The notes under the pieces are model-generated. The model did no database searches. It saw nothing but the letters and a program-made list of their open reading frames with translations, and was not told the origin of the DNA. Below are positions 46,220-55,771 of a DNA stretch of 64,000 nt, in pieces (positions within the stretch are counted from its first letter, which is position 1; every line of letters begins with the position of its first letter). The stretch is from contig JAWSVN010000044.1 of assembly GCA_033851875.1 (NCBI GenBank), positions 115 through 64,114 on the forward strand. Reading direction: 5' to 3'. Position numbers and translations under genes: made by a program. This stretch comes from Acidimicrobiales bacterium. Its GTDB lineage: Bacteria; Actinomycetota; Acidimicrobiia; Acidimicrobiales; SZUA-35.

Positions 46220-47286
46220 GGGTGTCCTTTCGCCTCCTCGACCGGCTCGTCACCGATCTTCTCGTCGCCGCGGGGACGCAGGCTTCCGACGCCGACGACG
46301 TAGCGAGGGTACTCGGCTGGGCCGAACGCCGGGGACTCCATCCCCAGGGCTGCGTGTGGGTCGACATCCTCACACAGCGACTGGTCGCCGGCACCATCCG
46401 ATCGCCTGCTGAACTGCGCCTCCTCGCCGACCGGCCGGCCGCCGTCGCGCTCGATGCGGGCGACGGCCTCGGACAGGTCGCCGGGCACCGGGCCGTCGAC
46501 CTCGCGGCCGAACGAGCTGCCGCCAACGGCATCGGCCTCGTGACCGTCCGAGCGAGCCACCACTTCGGTCCGGCAGGTTTCTACGCCGATGCGCTCGCCC
46601 GTCGAGGCCTGGTAGCGGTCGTCGCCACCAACGCGTTTCCGAAGGTGGCGCCCCCGGGCGGCACCACCAGGGGTCTCGGCACCAACCCGCTCGCCATCGG
46701 CGCCCCGATCGCCGACGAGAGCCCCCTGGTGGCCGACGTCTCGACAGGCGCGGCCGCCGGTTCGAAAGTCCGAGCAGCGATCGCGACCGGTAGCCAGCTC
46801 CCCGACGGCCAACTCCTCGATGCCGACGGCGTTCCGACGACCGACCCCCGAGCCCTCGGAGCCGGCGGGGTCATGCTCCCGGCCGGCGGCCACAAGGGCT
46901 TCGCGTTCGGCCTCCTCGTCGAGCTGTTGACCTCGGTGCTCGGCGGCGGGGCCCATGGTCCCGAGCTCGGCTCGATGTTCGATGTCGCAACCCCGGCCGG
47001 CACGTCCCACGTCGTCCTCGCCATCGCCCCGCACGACGGCGGTGTACCCGTACGCCTCGCGTCGCTCGCCGCGTGGCTTCGGTCCACCGGCAGCGAGGTC
47101 CGCCTGCCGGGTCAGCGGGCCGCGGCGATCGCCGAACGCGCCGATGAGATCGACCTGCCGGAGGCGTCGATCGAGGCCCTTCGAACGGCCGCCGCCCGCG
47201 TCGACGTCGAGCTACCGGAACCGCTGATCGCTCGCCCGCGATCGTCCCCGATCGACACCGCCCAGGGTGAACAACCCTCACCCTGA
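46213..47286 (+). CDS. Ldh_2 family (malate/L-lactate/ureidoglycolate-type) 2-hydroxyacid dehydrogenase
   Basis: Internal ATG 46213. 'VRASHHFGPAGFYA' and 'GGHKGFAFGLLVELL' motifs. Confidence 0.85.
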   Translation: MPRVSFRLLDRLVTDLLVAAGTQASDADDVARVLGWAERRGLHPQGCVWVDILTQRLVAGTIRSPAELRLLADRPAAVALDAGDGLGQVAGHRAVDLAAERAAANGIGLVTVRASHHFGPAGFYADALARRGLVAVVATNAFPKVAPPGGTTRGLGTNPLAIGAPIADESPLVADVSTGAAAGSKVRAAIATGSQLPDGQLLDADGVPTTDPRALGAGGVMLPAGGHKGFAFGLLVELLTSVLGGGAHGPELGSMFDVATPAGTSHVVLAIAPHDGGVPVRLASLAAWLRSTGSEVRLPGQRAAAIAERADEIDLPEASIEALRTAAARVDVELPEPLIARPRSSPIDTAQGEQPSP

Positions 47287-47336
47287 GTAATGCTGCGGGT
47301 ACCACATGGCCGGATCGTGCACTACGCTCTGCCGTC

Positions 47337-48494
47337 ATGGCGGAGGGAGCCACAAGGATCGGTTCGCGCGAACGCGCAGCCGACCACGACGATGAGATGA
47401 CGCGGGCGTCAGCCTCGCTCGGCGGCGGCGAGGGAACGACCAGCGACCACTCGGGACGAGCCGCGCCCGCGGCGCCGCCATCGCTGCGGTCGCCGTTCGT
47501 CGCGGTCGTGCTGCACCCGATCCTGGTCGTCGCGACCATCGCCGCCACGGTCGCCGTCGCCTACAACTGGGCCTCGGACCAGCCGTCGACCTACGAGGCC
47601 GAATCGACCCTTGTCGTCGGTCGGATCGATGTCCCGTCGAACGCCGTCCCCGGGTACGTGCAAGCCAACAACACGCTGGCCGAGACCTACGCCCGTTTCG
47701 TCGGCACCGACCTCCACGTCGCCGACATGGCCCAGCTCGTCGAGACCGATGTGGCCACGATCGAGGCTCGCGGCGACATCGAGGCCAGCAACGTCGAGCA
47801 GTCGGCGATCATCCGGATCAGGGCGACGTCCCAGGTCGAGGAGGCGGCCGTCGAGCTCGCCGATCTCGCCGCACTCGCCCTCATCGACCTCGTCGGCGGG
47901 GTGAACGACCCCGGCGACACCGGCGACCGGCTCTTCGACGACCACTCCGAGGCGGCGGCCAGCGTCGCAGCCGCCCAGGCCGTGGTGGAGCAGCTCGAGC
48001 GCGATCTCATCTTCCAGCTCGAGAACGACCTCACCGCCGCTGCGTCGAACACCGAGCTCGATCTCGAGCAAGCCCGTGCCGACCTCGCCGTCCGCGAACT
48101 CAACGCCTCCACACTGGCTGCCCTCTACACCGAGAGTCAGCAGGTCCGGGTCGGCGGCGAGCTCCTCCGGGTCCTCACCGAGAGCGAGTCGCAGGGCAGC
48201 GACCGCAGCAGCCGGGTTCAGCTCGGCGTGGCACTCGGCTTCCTGGGCGGCCTCGCCCTCGCCGTCGCTCTCGCCTGGGCGGTCACCAACGCCAAGCCGC
48301 TGTGGCAGTTGCGCCAGTCGCTGAAGGCACGCGGCCCGGCGGTGGTCGTCGACGAGGCCGCCGTCGATCGCAGCGACGCCGACACCCGCACCGAGCCGGC
48401 GACCTCGACCAACGGCGACGCCGGCGATGTCGACCTCGAACTTCTCGAACCCTGGCCCGACGACGAGTCCTCACCCGTCTCGGCGTCCGGATAG
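47337..48494 (+). CDS. Wzz-like polysaccharide co-polymerase (chain-length determinant), no kinase domain
   Basis: TM1 'FVAVVLHPILVVATIAATVAVAY', then a long coiled/helical periplasmic region, then TM2 'LGVALGFLGGLALAVALAWAV'. Assignment rests on topology and context. Confidence 0.6.
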   Translation: MAEGATRIGSRERAADHDDEMTRASASLGGGEGTTSDHSGRAAPAAPPSLRSPFVAVVLHPILVVATIAATVAVAYNWASDQPSTYEAESTLVVGRIDVPSNAVPGYVQANNTLAETYARFVGTDLHVADMAQLVETDVATIEARGDIEASNVEQSAIIRIRATSQVEEAAVELADLAALALIDLVGGVNDPGDTGDRLFDDHSEAAASVAAAQAVVEQLERDLIFQLENDLTAAASNTELDLEQARADLAVRELNASTLAALYTESQQVRVGGELLRVLTESESQGSDRSSRVQLGVALGFLGGLALAVALAWAVTNAKPLWQLRQSLKARGPAVVVDEAAVDRSDADTRTEPATSTNGDAGDVDLELLEPWPDDESSPVSASG

Positions 48495-48514
48495 CCGGGC
48501 CGACCGACTGCATC

Positions 48515-49966
48515 ATGGCTGGAGGGAGCGTGATCAGGACAAGCATCCAGGCGGGCGGAAGCGTGCTCGCCGTGGCTGCCGTCATCGTGGCGGCAGCGTT
48601 TGCCACAGGCCCCGTCGCGCTCGCCTTGATCGTCGCCGGAGGCGCCGCGTTCGCCCTGTGCGCCGTTCGATTCGAACCGGCCGCTCTGCTCTCGTTGGCG
48701 ATCGCCGGCGCGATGTTCTCGGGATTCGGCGCCAATCTCGGGTTGCCGATCAGCCCCGACCGCCCACTGTTCGCGCTGGCGCTCGGCGCGGCGTTCACCG
48801 GGCTCCCGTTCGGCGACACCGACCGGCCGAGGCTGCGCTGGCGCCCGGTGCACACGTGGATGATCGCGACGGTGCTGATGGTCGTCGCCCTCGGCACGAC
48901 CAACGACTCGTGGTCGATCGACGTCGCGATCTTCGCCTTGCTCGATCGGCTCGGCGTCGTGCCGTTCCTCGCCTTCAGCATCGCCCCCCTCCTCTTCCGT
49001 GACGATCGCCAGCGGGCATGGCTCACGGGGGTCATGGTCGGGTGCGGCTGGTACCTGTCGATCACCGCGATCCTCGAGGGCTTCGGGCAGCGGTCGCTGG
49101 TCTGGCCTGCCTACATCAACGACCCGTCGATCGGACTCCACTTCGAGCGGGCCCGCGGACCCTTCGTGGAATCGACCGGCATGGGTCTGTCCTTGCTCGG
49201 CTGCTACGCCTGCGCCGTCGTCGCTGTCTTCACCTGGCGCCGGACCGGCCCGCGAGTCCTCGCAGCGCTCCTCCTGCCGACCGCCCTGCTCGGGATGCTG
49301 TTCACCCTCACCCGCGCCGTCTGGCTGGCCGCGATCGTGTCGAGCGCCGTCGGCATCCTGATGCACCCTCGAGCTCGGCGCTACACCGTCCACCTCGGGC
49401 TGGCCGGGGTCATGGTCGTGTTGCTCGCCCTCGTGACCGTGCCGGGCCTGTCCGACGCCGTGACCGAACGCCGCAACGAACGTGTGGCGGTCTGGGACCG
49501 GTTCAACTCGAACGAGGCGGCGATCCAGGCCTTCGCCGACAAGCCGCTGACCGGCATCGGCTGGGGACTCTTCGCCAAACGCAGCGATCCCTACCTCTGG
49601 CAGTCGGACAGCTACCCCCTCACCGGCCACCGGATCGAGGTCCACAACGTCCTGCTCTCGCGCCTGGCCGAGATCGGCCTGCTCGGCACGGTGCCCTGGC
49701 TGCTGACGCTTGCCGTCGGGCTCGGCCGCTCCGTGCTCCGCCCCGGCCCGGCCGAGCTCGAACCCTGGCGGCTCGGGCTCGCGATGTTCGGCAGTGCCTG
49801 GGCGACGATGGGCGCGTTCGGGCCGATCTCCACCGCCCTGCCCAACCTGTTGTTGTGGACGATGGGCGGAGTCGTCTCGGCCCCGTACCTCGTCCAGACC
49901 GGACAGGCGGCGGTGGCCACGGCCCGACGGACCCGCACGCCACTCGCCGTGGGGGTGGCGACATGA
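48515..49966 (+). CDS. O-antigen ligase/polymerase family membrane protein (Wzy-like)
   Basis: Internal ATG 48515. More than 10 TM segments and a Wzy_C-like block 'LLGMLFTLTRAVWLAAIV' with a large loop. Its stop overlaps the next ATG (ATGA). Confidence 0.7.
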   Translation: MAGGSVIRTSIQAGGSVLAVAAVIVAAAFATGPVALALIVAGGAAFALCAVRFEPAALLSLAIAGAMFSGFGANLGLPISPDRPLFALALGAAFTGLPFGDTDRPRLRWRPVHTWMIATVLMVVALGTTNDSWSIDVAIFALLDRLGVVPFLAFSIAPLLFRDDRQRAWLTGVMVGCGWYLSITAILEGFGQRSLVWPAYINDPSIGLHFERARGPFVESTGMGLSLLGCYACAVVAVFTWRRTGPRVLAALLLPTALLGMLFTLTRAVWLAAIVSSAVGILMHPRARRYTVHLGLAGVMVVLLALVTVPGLSDAVTERRNERVAVWDRFNSNEAAIQAFADKPLTGIGWGLFAKRSDPYLWQSDSYPLTGHRIEVHNVLLSRLAEIGLLGTVPWLLTLAVGLGRSVLRPGPAELEPWRLGLAMFGSAWATMGAFGPISTALPNLLLWTMGGVVSAPYLVQTGQAAVATARRTRTPLAVGVAT

Positions 49967-51225
49967 GAAGACCCGACGGGCCCCGAGTGGCCTACGTGAT
50001 CAGCGAATACCCGATCGTGTCGCACACCTTCATCCAGCGCGAGATCGAAGCGGTCGAGGCCGCCGGGGTCGACGTGTTGCCGGTGGCGATGGCACCCGCG
50101 CCGCCCCACGAGATCGTGAGCAGCGGCGCCTCACGCGCTGCGGCGACGACGCACACGATCCGCCCGGTGCGGGCCGGCACCCTGCTCAAGGCGGTGCTCC
50201 TCCCGACGCTGCGACGGCCCGGCCCCCACCTCCGAGGGTTCCTCCGAGCACTCGGCCAGGGCGCACCCGGCCTGCGCAACCGGGTGTGGCGAGCCTTCTA
50301 CTTCGTCGAGGCGCTTCTCCTCCGCCACTACTGCCGGAGCGAGGGCGTTCGCCACATCCACGCCCATCACGCCAACGTGTCGGCCGAGATCGCCCGGATG
50401 GCCGCCGAGACCGGCCGGGACCTCGGCGAGGACTGGTCGTGGAGCTTCACGATGCACGGCTGCACCGAGTTCTACGACCTGATCCACTACGACCTCGCCG
50501 ACAAGGCGAGAGCGGCAGACTTCGTCGCCGCCGTCAGCGACTACACCCGCGTGCAGCTGTGGCGCATCCTCGACCGCCCCCACTGGGACGACATCCACGT
50601 GATCCATTGCGGCGTCGAGACCGATGCGTTCGTTCCCCGGGCGGCGTCGCCCGCCGACGGTCGGCTCCGGGTGTTGTTCGTCGGCCGACTCGTGCCCGAG
50701 AAGGGGCTGCCCGTGCTGCTCGACGCGATCGCGTCCCTCGCGGCACGGCGCGACGACGTCGCCCTCACGATCGTCGGCGACGGACCCCTGCGCGCCGACC
50801 TCGAGCGCCGCGTCGACGCCGAGGAGCTCCCGGTGACCTTCACCGGGACGATCAGCGAGGACGAGATGCCCGGGGTGTTCGTCGACCACGACCTGTTCGT
50901 GATGACGAGCTTCGGCGAGGGGCTCCCGGTCGTTCTGATGGAGGCGTTGGCCTGCGAACTCGCGGTGGTCGCGCCCGGCATCAGCGGCATCCCCGAGCTG
51001 GTGATCGACGACGAGACCGGCCGACTGGTACCACCGGGTCGCCCCGAGGAGCTGGCTGCCGTCATCGCCGAACTGGCCGACGACCCCACCGAACGAGCGC
51101 GCCTCGGCGCTGCGGGACGGGCCCTGGTCCAGTCGCAGTTCGAATCACGTCTCGAGGGTGCTCGGCTGGCCCACCTCTTCGCCGACCTCCTCGGCGACGT
51201 CCCCGAGATGGAGCGCAGCCGATGA
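49963..51225 (+). CDS. glycosyltransferase family 4 (WcaL-like)
   Basis: 'VAYVISEYPIVSHTFIQREI' N-terminus. 'FVGRLVPEKG' and 'EGLPVVLMEALACELAVVAP...ELV' form the GT4 EX7E region. Confidence 0.85.
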   Translation: MRRPDGPRVAYVISEYPIVSHTFIQREIEAVEAAGVDVLPVAMAPAPPHEIVSSGASRAAATTHTIRPVRAGTLLKAVLLPTLRRPGPHLRGFLRALGQGAPGLRNRVWRAFYFVEALLLRHYCRSEGVRHIHAHHANVSAEIARMAAETGRDLGEDWSWSFTMHGCTEFYDLIHYDLADKARAADFVAAVSDYTRVQLWRILDRPHWDDIHVIHCGVETDAFVPRAASPADGRLRVLFVGRLVPEKGLPVLLDAIASLAARRDDVALTIVGDGPLRADLERRVDAEELPVTFTGTISEDEMPGVFVDHDLFVMTSFGEGLPVVLMEALACELAVVAPGISGIPELVIDDETGRLVPPGRPEELAAVIAELADDPTERARLGAAGRALVQSQFESRLEGARLAHLFADLLGDVPEMERSR

Positions 51226-52253
51226 CGCGATCAACCCGGTTCCGGCTGCTCCCCTTCTTCGGCCTCTTCGCGGCCGCCTGTGCGTCCGGCGGCGACCAAG
51301 GCACGCCGGCCGCCTACGTCCCGCTCTCGACCAGCACCACGGCCGAGGCTGCGACTCGGGACCCGTTCCGCTGGCCGTTCGACGACACGTCGCCCTGGAA
51401 CACCCCCATCGGCTCCGATGCGGAGTATGCCCGCGCCGACGACCCGACCACCCTCGAGCTCCGCGACCCGGACATCACGATCTGGCTGAACTCGACCGAG
51501 TGGTCCCATCCGATCATCGAGTCGAGGCCGGACGATCCGGTGGTGACCGTCGGCTACGAGACGACGGCGACCGCGCCGTTCGGACCCGGCACCGTCGAGA
51601 TCCACCTCCCCAGGACCGCTCGGCCGGCGATCGGCGCCGACGCCCATCTCCATGTGGTCGAGTCGGAGACCGCCATCGCCCACGAGTTCTTCCAGATGAA
51701 CATCGAGGGCAGCCAGGCGACGGCGGTCTACTACGTGAGCACCGACCTCAGCGGGTCGGGCATCGAGACGGGCGGCACCCGGGCCTACGGCGGCAGCGCA
51801 CTCGGCGGGCTGATCCGGACCTGGGAGATGGACGAGGGGCACATCGGGCACGCCCTCGCCGTGGCGCTCAACGGCGACCAGCTCCAGTCCGGGCCCGTGT
51901 GGCCCGCCGTGACCGAGGACGCGGTCGCCGACGAGACCTATCGCGGGCTGATCCCGATGGGGACGTTGATGGCGATCCCCGACTCGATCGACATCGACTC
52001 GCTCTTCCTGACAGAGGAGGGGCTCGTGGTCGCTCGAGCGCTCCAGGACTACGGCGCCTACGTCGTCGACCAGTCGGTAGCGATGACGTTCTACGCCGAG
52101 CCGGACCTTCCTGCGCTTACCGTCGCTCGGCTTCGCGACGACCTGCAGCGACTCCGCCGCGAACTGCGGGTGGTCGCCAACAACTCGCCCGACACCCCCG
52201 GCGGTGGCGGCACTCCGGCCGCGCCGGCCCCGCCCGCCCTGGAGGTGCCATGA
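51222..52253 (+). CDS. hypothetical lipoprotein
   Basis: Lipobox 'LFAAAC'. Both ends are ATGA-coupled, to the GT4 upstream and the GT26 downstream. No family recognised. Confidence 0.65.
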   Translation: MTRSTRFRLLPFFGLFAAACASGGDQGTPAAYVPLSTSTTAEAATRDPFRWPFDDTSPWNTPIGSDAEYARADDPTTLELRDPDITIWLNSTEWSHPIIESRPDDPVVTVGYETTATAPFGPGTVEIHLPRTARPAIGADAHLHVVESETAIAHEFFQMNIEGSQATAVYYVSTDLSGSGIETGGTRAYGGSALGGLIRTWEMDEGHIGHALAVALNGDQLQSGPVWPAVTEDAVADETYRGLIPMGTLMAIPDSIDIDSLFLTEEGLVVARALQDYGAYVVDQSVAMTFYAEPDLPALTVARLRDDLQRLRRELRVVANNSPDTPGGGGTPAAPAPPALEVP

Positions 52254-53230
52254 CCGCCCGGCACTCCGAAGAGTTCGAGATGGGCGACCCGCGTCGGGTA
52301 ATCTCGCCCATGGACCCCGGTGACCATCCGGAACCCGGGGCCGTGAGGGAGCGGAGGGACATGAAGGCTGAAGCGGTGACGCTTCGCGCAACCGACGGCG
52401 TCGACCTGCGCGGCGACGTGGCGTTCCCGACGATCAACGTGATGGGCGTCCCCATCGCAGCGGTCGACGGTGACGAGGCGATCGAGATCTTCGCAGCGCT
52501 GGTCGATCGCCCGCGCCCGGCCCAGGTCGCCTTCGTCAACGCCCACACCCTCAACCTCGCCTACAAGGACTCGAAGTATCGACGGGTCCTGGAGGAGACC
52601 GACCTGGTGCTCCGCGACGGCATCGGCGTCGAGATCGCCGGACGCCTGCGCCGAGCGTCGTTCCCCGAGAACCTCAACGGCACCGACTTCACCCCCGTGC
52701 TGCTGCAATGGATCGCCGACAATCACAAGACCGTCTATCTGCTCGGCGGTCAGCCGGGTGTCGCCCAGCAGGCCGCCGCCCGCTTCGAAGACCGGTTCCC
52801 CGGTCTGAAGGTCGTGGGCACGCAGCACGGCATGTACGACCTGCGCGACGAGTACGAGATGGTGCGCTCGATCCGACAGACGGCGCCCGACGTGTTGATC
52901 GTCGCCCTCGGCAACCCCCTTCAGGAGCAGTTCCTCGCCCGCCACCTCGACCAGCTCGGGGTCGGCGTCGGCGTGGGCGTCGGTGCCTTCCTCGACTTCT
53001 CGGTCGGCAAGGTGAAGCGTGCGCCGGCGCTCGCCAACCGGCTCGGCATCGAGTGGTGCTTCCGCCTCGTCCAGGAGCCGCGCCGGCTCTGGCGCCGCTA
53101 CCTGCTCGGGATCCCGACCTTCCTCGGACGGTCGATGCTGTCGCGCCGCGCCGACTTCTCCGAGACCGCAGCCGATGCCCACGCGCTCGAGCATCGCGAG
53201 TACTCGACGGGTTGGGGGTCACTGCGTTGA
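52250..53230 (+). CDS. WecB/TagA/CpsF family glycosyltransferase (GT26)
   Basis: 'VAFVNAHTLNLA', 'DGIGV', 'YLLGG' and 'VALGNPLQEQF' motifs. ATG 52250 overlaps the upstream stop; an internal ATG at the 'MKAEAVT' methionine is an alternative. Confidence 0.82.
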   Translation: MTARHSEEFEMGDPRRVISPMDPGDHPEPGAVRERRDMKAEAVTLRATDGVDLRGDVAFPTINVMGVPIAAVDGDEAIEIFAALVDRPRPAQVAFVNAHTLNLAYKDSKYRRVLEETDLVLRDGIGVEIAGRLRRASFPENLNGTDFTPVLLQWIADNHKTVYLLGGQPGVAQQAAARFEDRFPGLKVVGTQHGMYDLRDEYEMVRSIRQTAPDVLIVALGNPLQEQFLARHLDQLGVGVGVGVGAFLDFSVGKVKRAPALANRLGIEWCFRLVQEPRRLWRRYLLGIPTFLGRSMLSRRADFSETAADAHALEHREYSTGWGSLR

Positions 53231-53244
53231 CCACAGCGCCGCCG

Positions 53245-54801
53245 ATGCCGAGCGACGCTGCCCCCGACCGACCCGCCCCAGCCAGCGGGCGGGTGAGTCC
53301 CGGGATGGGGTTCGCCGGTCTGTCGTTCTTCGTCAACGCCGCGGTGGTACTGCTGTCGGCGGTCGTCACCTCGCGGCTCTACGGCGTCGAGGTGGTCGGC
53401 TCCTACGCCCTCGCCATCGCCCCCTGGGGCTTGCTCGTGAGCCTCTCGACCGTGAGCGAGCAGGTGGCGATGATCCGAACGCTCGCCGTGATCGAGCGGA
53501 AGACCGACGACGCCACCGGGCTGTTCTTCGCCGTGCTCAGCGCCAGCATGACGCTGACCGCCGTGATGGCGGTCCCCGTGTTCTTCATCTCCCGGGCCCT
53601 CCTCGACGGCCCGATCGATCAAGGACCGGCCGTCCTGCCTGCGGCCGTGATCCTCGCCGGCTACGTCGCGTTCGAGAACCCGGGGTGGAACCTCGAGAGC
53701 GTGCTCAGCGCCTACAGCGAGGGCCGTCGCCTGTTCTGGGCCCGGCTCAGCGTCGCCCTGTCGTTCGGCGTGGTCGCCGTCGCCTTGCGGGCCGTCACCG
53801 ACACGGTGTGGGGTCTGACGATCGCGACGGTCGCCAGCTTCGCCGTCGGCACGATCGTGCGGCTGGTCTCGGTTCGCGACCTGATCAACCGGCGGCCGAG
53901 CGGCGCCGCCTATCGCGCCGGGGTGCAGCGGCTGCCCGAGCTCCTTCGGTTCGGCGTTGGTCTCCTGCCCGGGCAGTTCTTCATCGGCGCCACTCTGCAA
54001 CTGCCGCTCTGGCTCGTGGCCAACACCTCAGGACTTCGCGCGATCGGCGCCTTCTCCCGTGCATCCACGATGGCGGTTCGGCTGAACGAGGCAGGGTTTC
54101 GGATCAACGAGATGCTGTTCCCCGACCTCGTGCGGGCCCGACGAGAGGGCGACATCGAGCGCCTCGCCGCCACGCAGCGAACCGTCCTCCGGCTGGCCCT
54201 CATCGTGCTCGTCTTCCTCGCCTCGATCGCCGGCGGCGCGTCCGAGGCGGTGATGAACGTCTTCGGCGATGGGTTCGGGTCGGCGAGCGGAGCGTTCGTT
54301 GCCCTGCTCGGCGTGCACGTCTGCTACGTCGCCTGTTCGGTCGTCGGTACCGGCTTCAACGTCTTCGACCGGCCGATCTACAACTCGGCCACGAGCTCGA
54401 TCCGTTTCGTCGTCGGCGTCGGCCTGGTCGCAGTCCTCGTCCCCACTCGCGGAATCACCGCAGCCGCCTTCGGTCTGCTCGTCGGCTACCTCGTCGAGCT
54501 CGCCGTCCGGGTTGCGGTCCTCACCCGCTTCCTTCGTCGCCTCGCCGACCAGGGCGATGGCCAGCTCGCCGACACCCGACCGATCGACCTCGTGACGGTG
54601 CTCCGGCTGGTCCTCGCCTACTCGGCGGGGTTCGCCGTCGTTCGGACCCTGGCCGAGACCGTCGACCACGACCTGGTCACCATCCTCGCCGGCGGCACGC
54701 TCGGCACCGTCGCATTCGTCGCCGCTGCGCTGGCCACGGGTCTGGTCACCAGCGAGGAGCGAGCGACGATCACTCGCTGGCGCACCGCCCGAGGTCGCTG
54801 A
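53245..54801 (+). CDS. polysaccharide biosynthesis/export protein (Wzx-like MOP flippase)
   Basis: About 12-14 hydrophobic segments. Position and topology fit Wzx. Alternative TTG at 53227 overlaps the GT26 stop. Confidence 0.65.
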   Translation: MPSDAAPDRPAPASGRVSPGMGFAGLSFFVNAAVVLLSAVVTSRLYGVEVVGSYALAIAPWGLLVSLSTVSEQVAMIRTLAVIERKTDDATGLFFAVLSASMTLTAVMAVPVFFISRALLDGPIDQGPAVLPAAVILAGYVAFENPGWNLESVLSAYSEGRRLFWARLSVALSFGVVAVALRAVTDTVWGLTIATVASFAVGTIVRLVSVRDLINRRPSGAAYRAGVQRLPELLRFGVGLLPGQFFIGATLQLPLWLVANTSGLRAIGAFSRASTMAVRLNEAGFRINEMLFPDLVRARREGDIERLAATQRTVLRLALIVLVFLASIAGGASEAVMNVFGDGFGSASGAFVALLGVHVCYVACSVVGTGFNVFDRPIYNSATSSIRFVVGVGLVAVLVPTRGITAAAFGLLVGYLVELAVRVAVLTRFLRRLADQGDGQLADTRPIDLVTVLRLVLAYSAGFAVVRTLAETVDHDLVTILAGGTLGTVAFVAAALATGLVTSEERATITRWRTARGR

Positions 54802-55744
54802 CCACTCCGAGGTGGTCCGAACCGGGCACGTCGATGGTGCCCGGAGCCGCGATGCACCAGCGGTCGTCGACGAGGATGTGATCGATCCGGGCCCGGAGCA
54901 GCCGCCCCCACCAGGTGCGCGAGGTGGGGCCCGCCCATCGGTGGGCGCGCAGCGCATCGGTCCGGCCCTCGACCAGGGCGGCGAACTCGGGCTGCCGATC
55001 GGTGAGGTTGAAGTCGCCGATCAGGACATCCGGCCCCTCGGGACCACCGAACGTCCGGGCGAGGTCCCGGAGGAGCGCCGCGTTGCCCCACGGGGTGGTC
55101 GAGCCCGGACGCCACCAACGCACCGAGGGTGCCGGCGGGTGGACGGCGACGACCTCGAGAGGACCCACCGCTGTCTCCACGACGAACTGCACGCCGCGGA
55201 CCGATCGCAGGAGCTCGCTGGTGCGCACCGTGTGGACAGGCAGATCGGTCCAGACGTTGAGCGAGGAACACCGTCCGGGCCCATCGAGGGAACAGGCGGC
55301 GTCGTCGCCACCGACGACGACGGGTGGACCGAACCGCTCCTGGAACTCGAGGAACTGCTGCCCGTTGGTCTCGGCCGTGACGACCAGATCGGCCTCGAGT
55401 GCGGCGAACGCGTCGGCGGCCGCCGGATCGCGGTTGTCGAGCAGCAGATTCGAGAAGGCCACTCGGACGGTCTCCCCCACCGGGCCCTCAGCGTCCTCGG
55501 GGCGCTGCGGCGACACGACGAGGGCGACGGCGAAGAGGGCTCCGAGCGTCGAGGCGACGAGGGGTGCCCGCCAATGGTGCCGCCACACCACGACGGCCGC
55601 CGCGATGGCGACGGCGGCCACGGCGGGGAGGAAGACGCGCACGATCCCGAGCCCGGGCACTGCGCCGATCGACCACGCGGCGGGGACTGCGCCGGCGAAC
55701 GCGGCCATCGCGCCGGCCCGCCGGCGAGCCGGCGGTGTCGTCAC
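54770..55744 (-). CDS. endonuclease/exonuclease/phosphatase (EEP) family protein with N-terminal TM segments
   Basis: 'VLIGDFNL' and a C-terminal 'IDHILV...GSDHLGV' are EEP motifs. Its 3' end overlaps the convergent wzx-like gene by 32 nt. Alternative ATG at 55708. Confidence 0.78.
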   Translation of the reverse strand: MTTPPARRRAGAMAAFAGAVPAAWSIGAVPGLGIVRVFLPAVAAVAIAAAVVVWRHHWRAPLVASTLGALFAVALVVSPQRPEDAEGPVGETVRVAFSNLLLDNRDPAAADAFAALEADLVVTAETNGQQFLEFQERFGPPVVVGGDDAACSLDGPGRCSSLNVWTDLPVHTVRTSELLRSVRGVQFVVETAVGPLEVVAVHPPAPSVRWWRPGSTTPWGNAALLRDLARTFGGPEGPDVLIGDFNLTDRQPEFAALVEGRTDALRAHRWAGPTSRTWWGRLLRARIDHILVDDRWCIAAPGTIDVPGSDHLGVVSDLGRCASE

Positions 55745-55771
55745 CGCGCTGACCTCACGATCGCCAGCGCC

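Noticed and set aside
48218-49645. 475-aa minus-strand ORF
   Set aside because: It is antisense to the Wzy-like membrane protein gene. Its hydrophilic Arg/Asp/Gly-rich translation shows no motifs.
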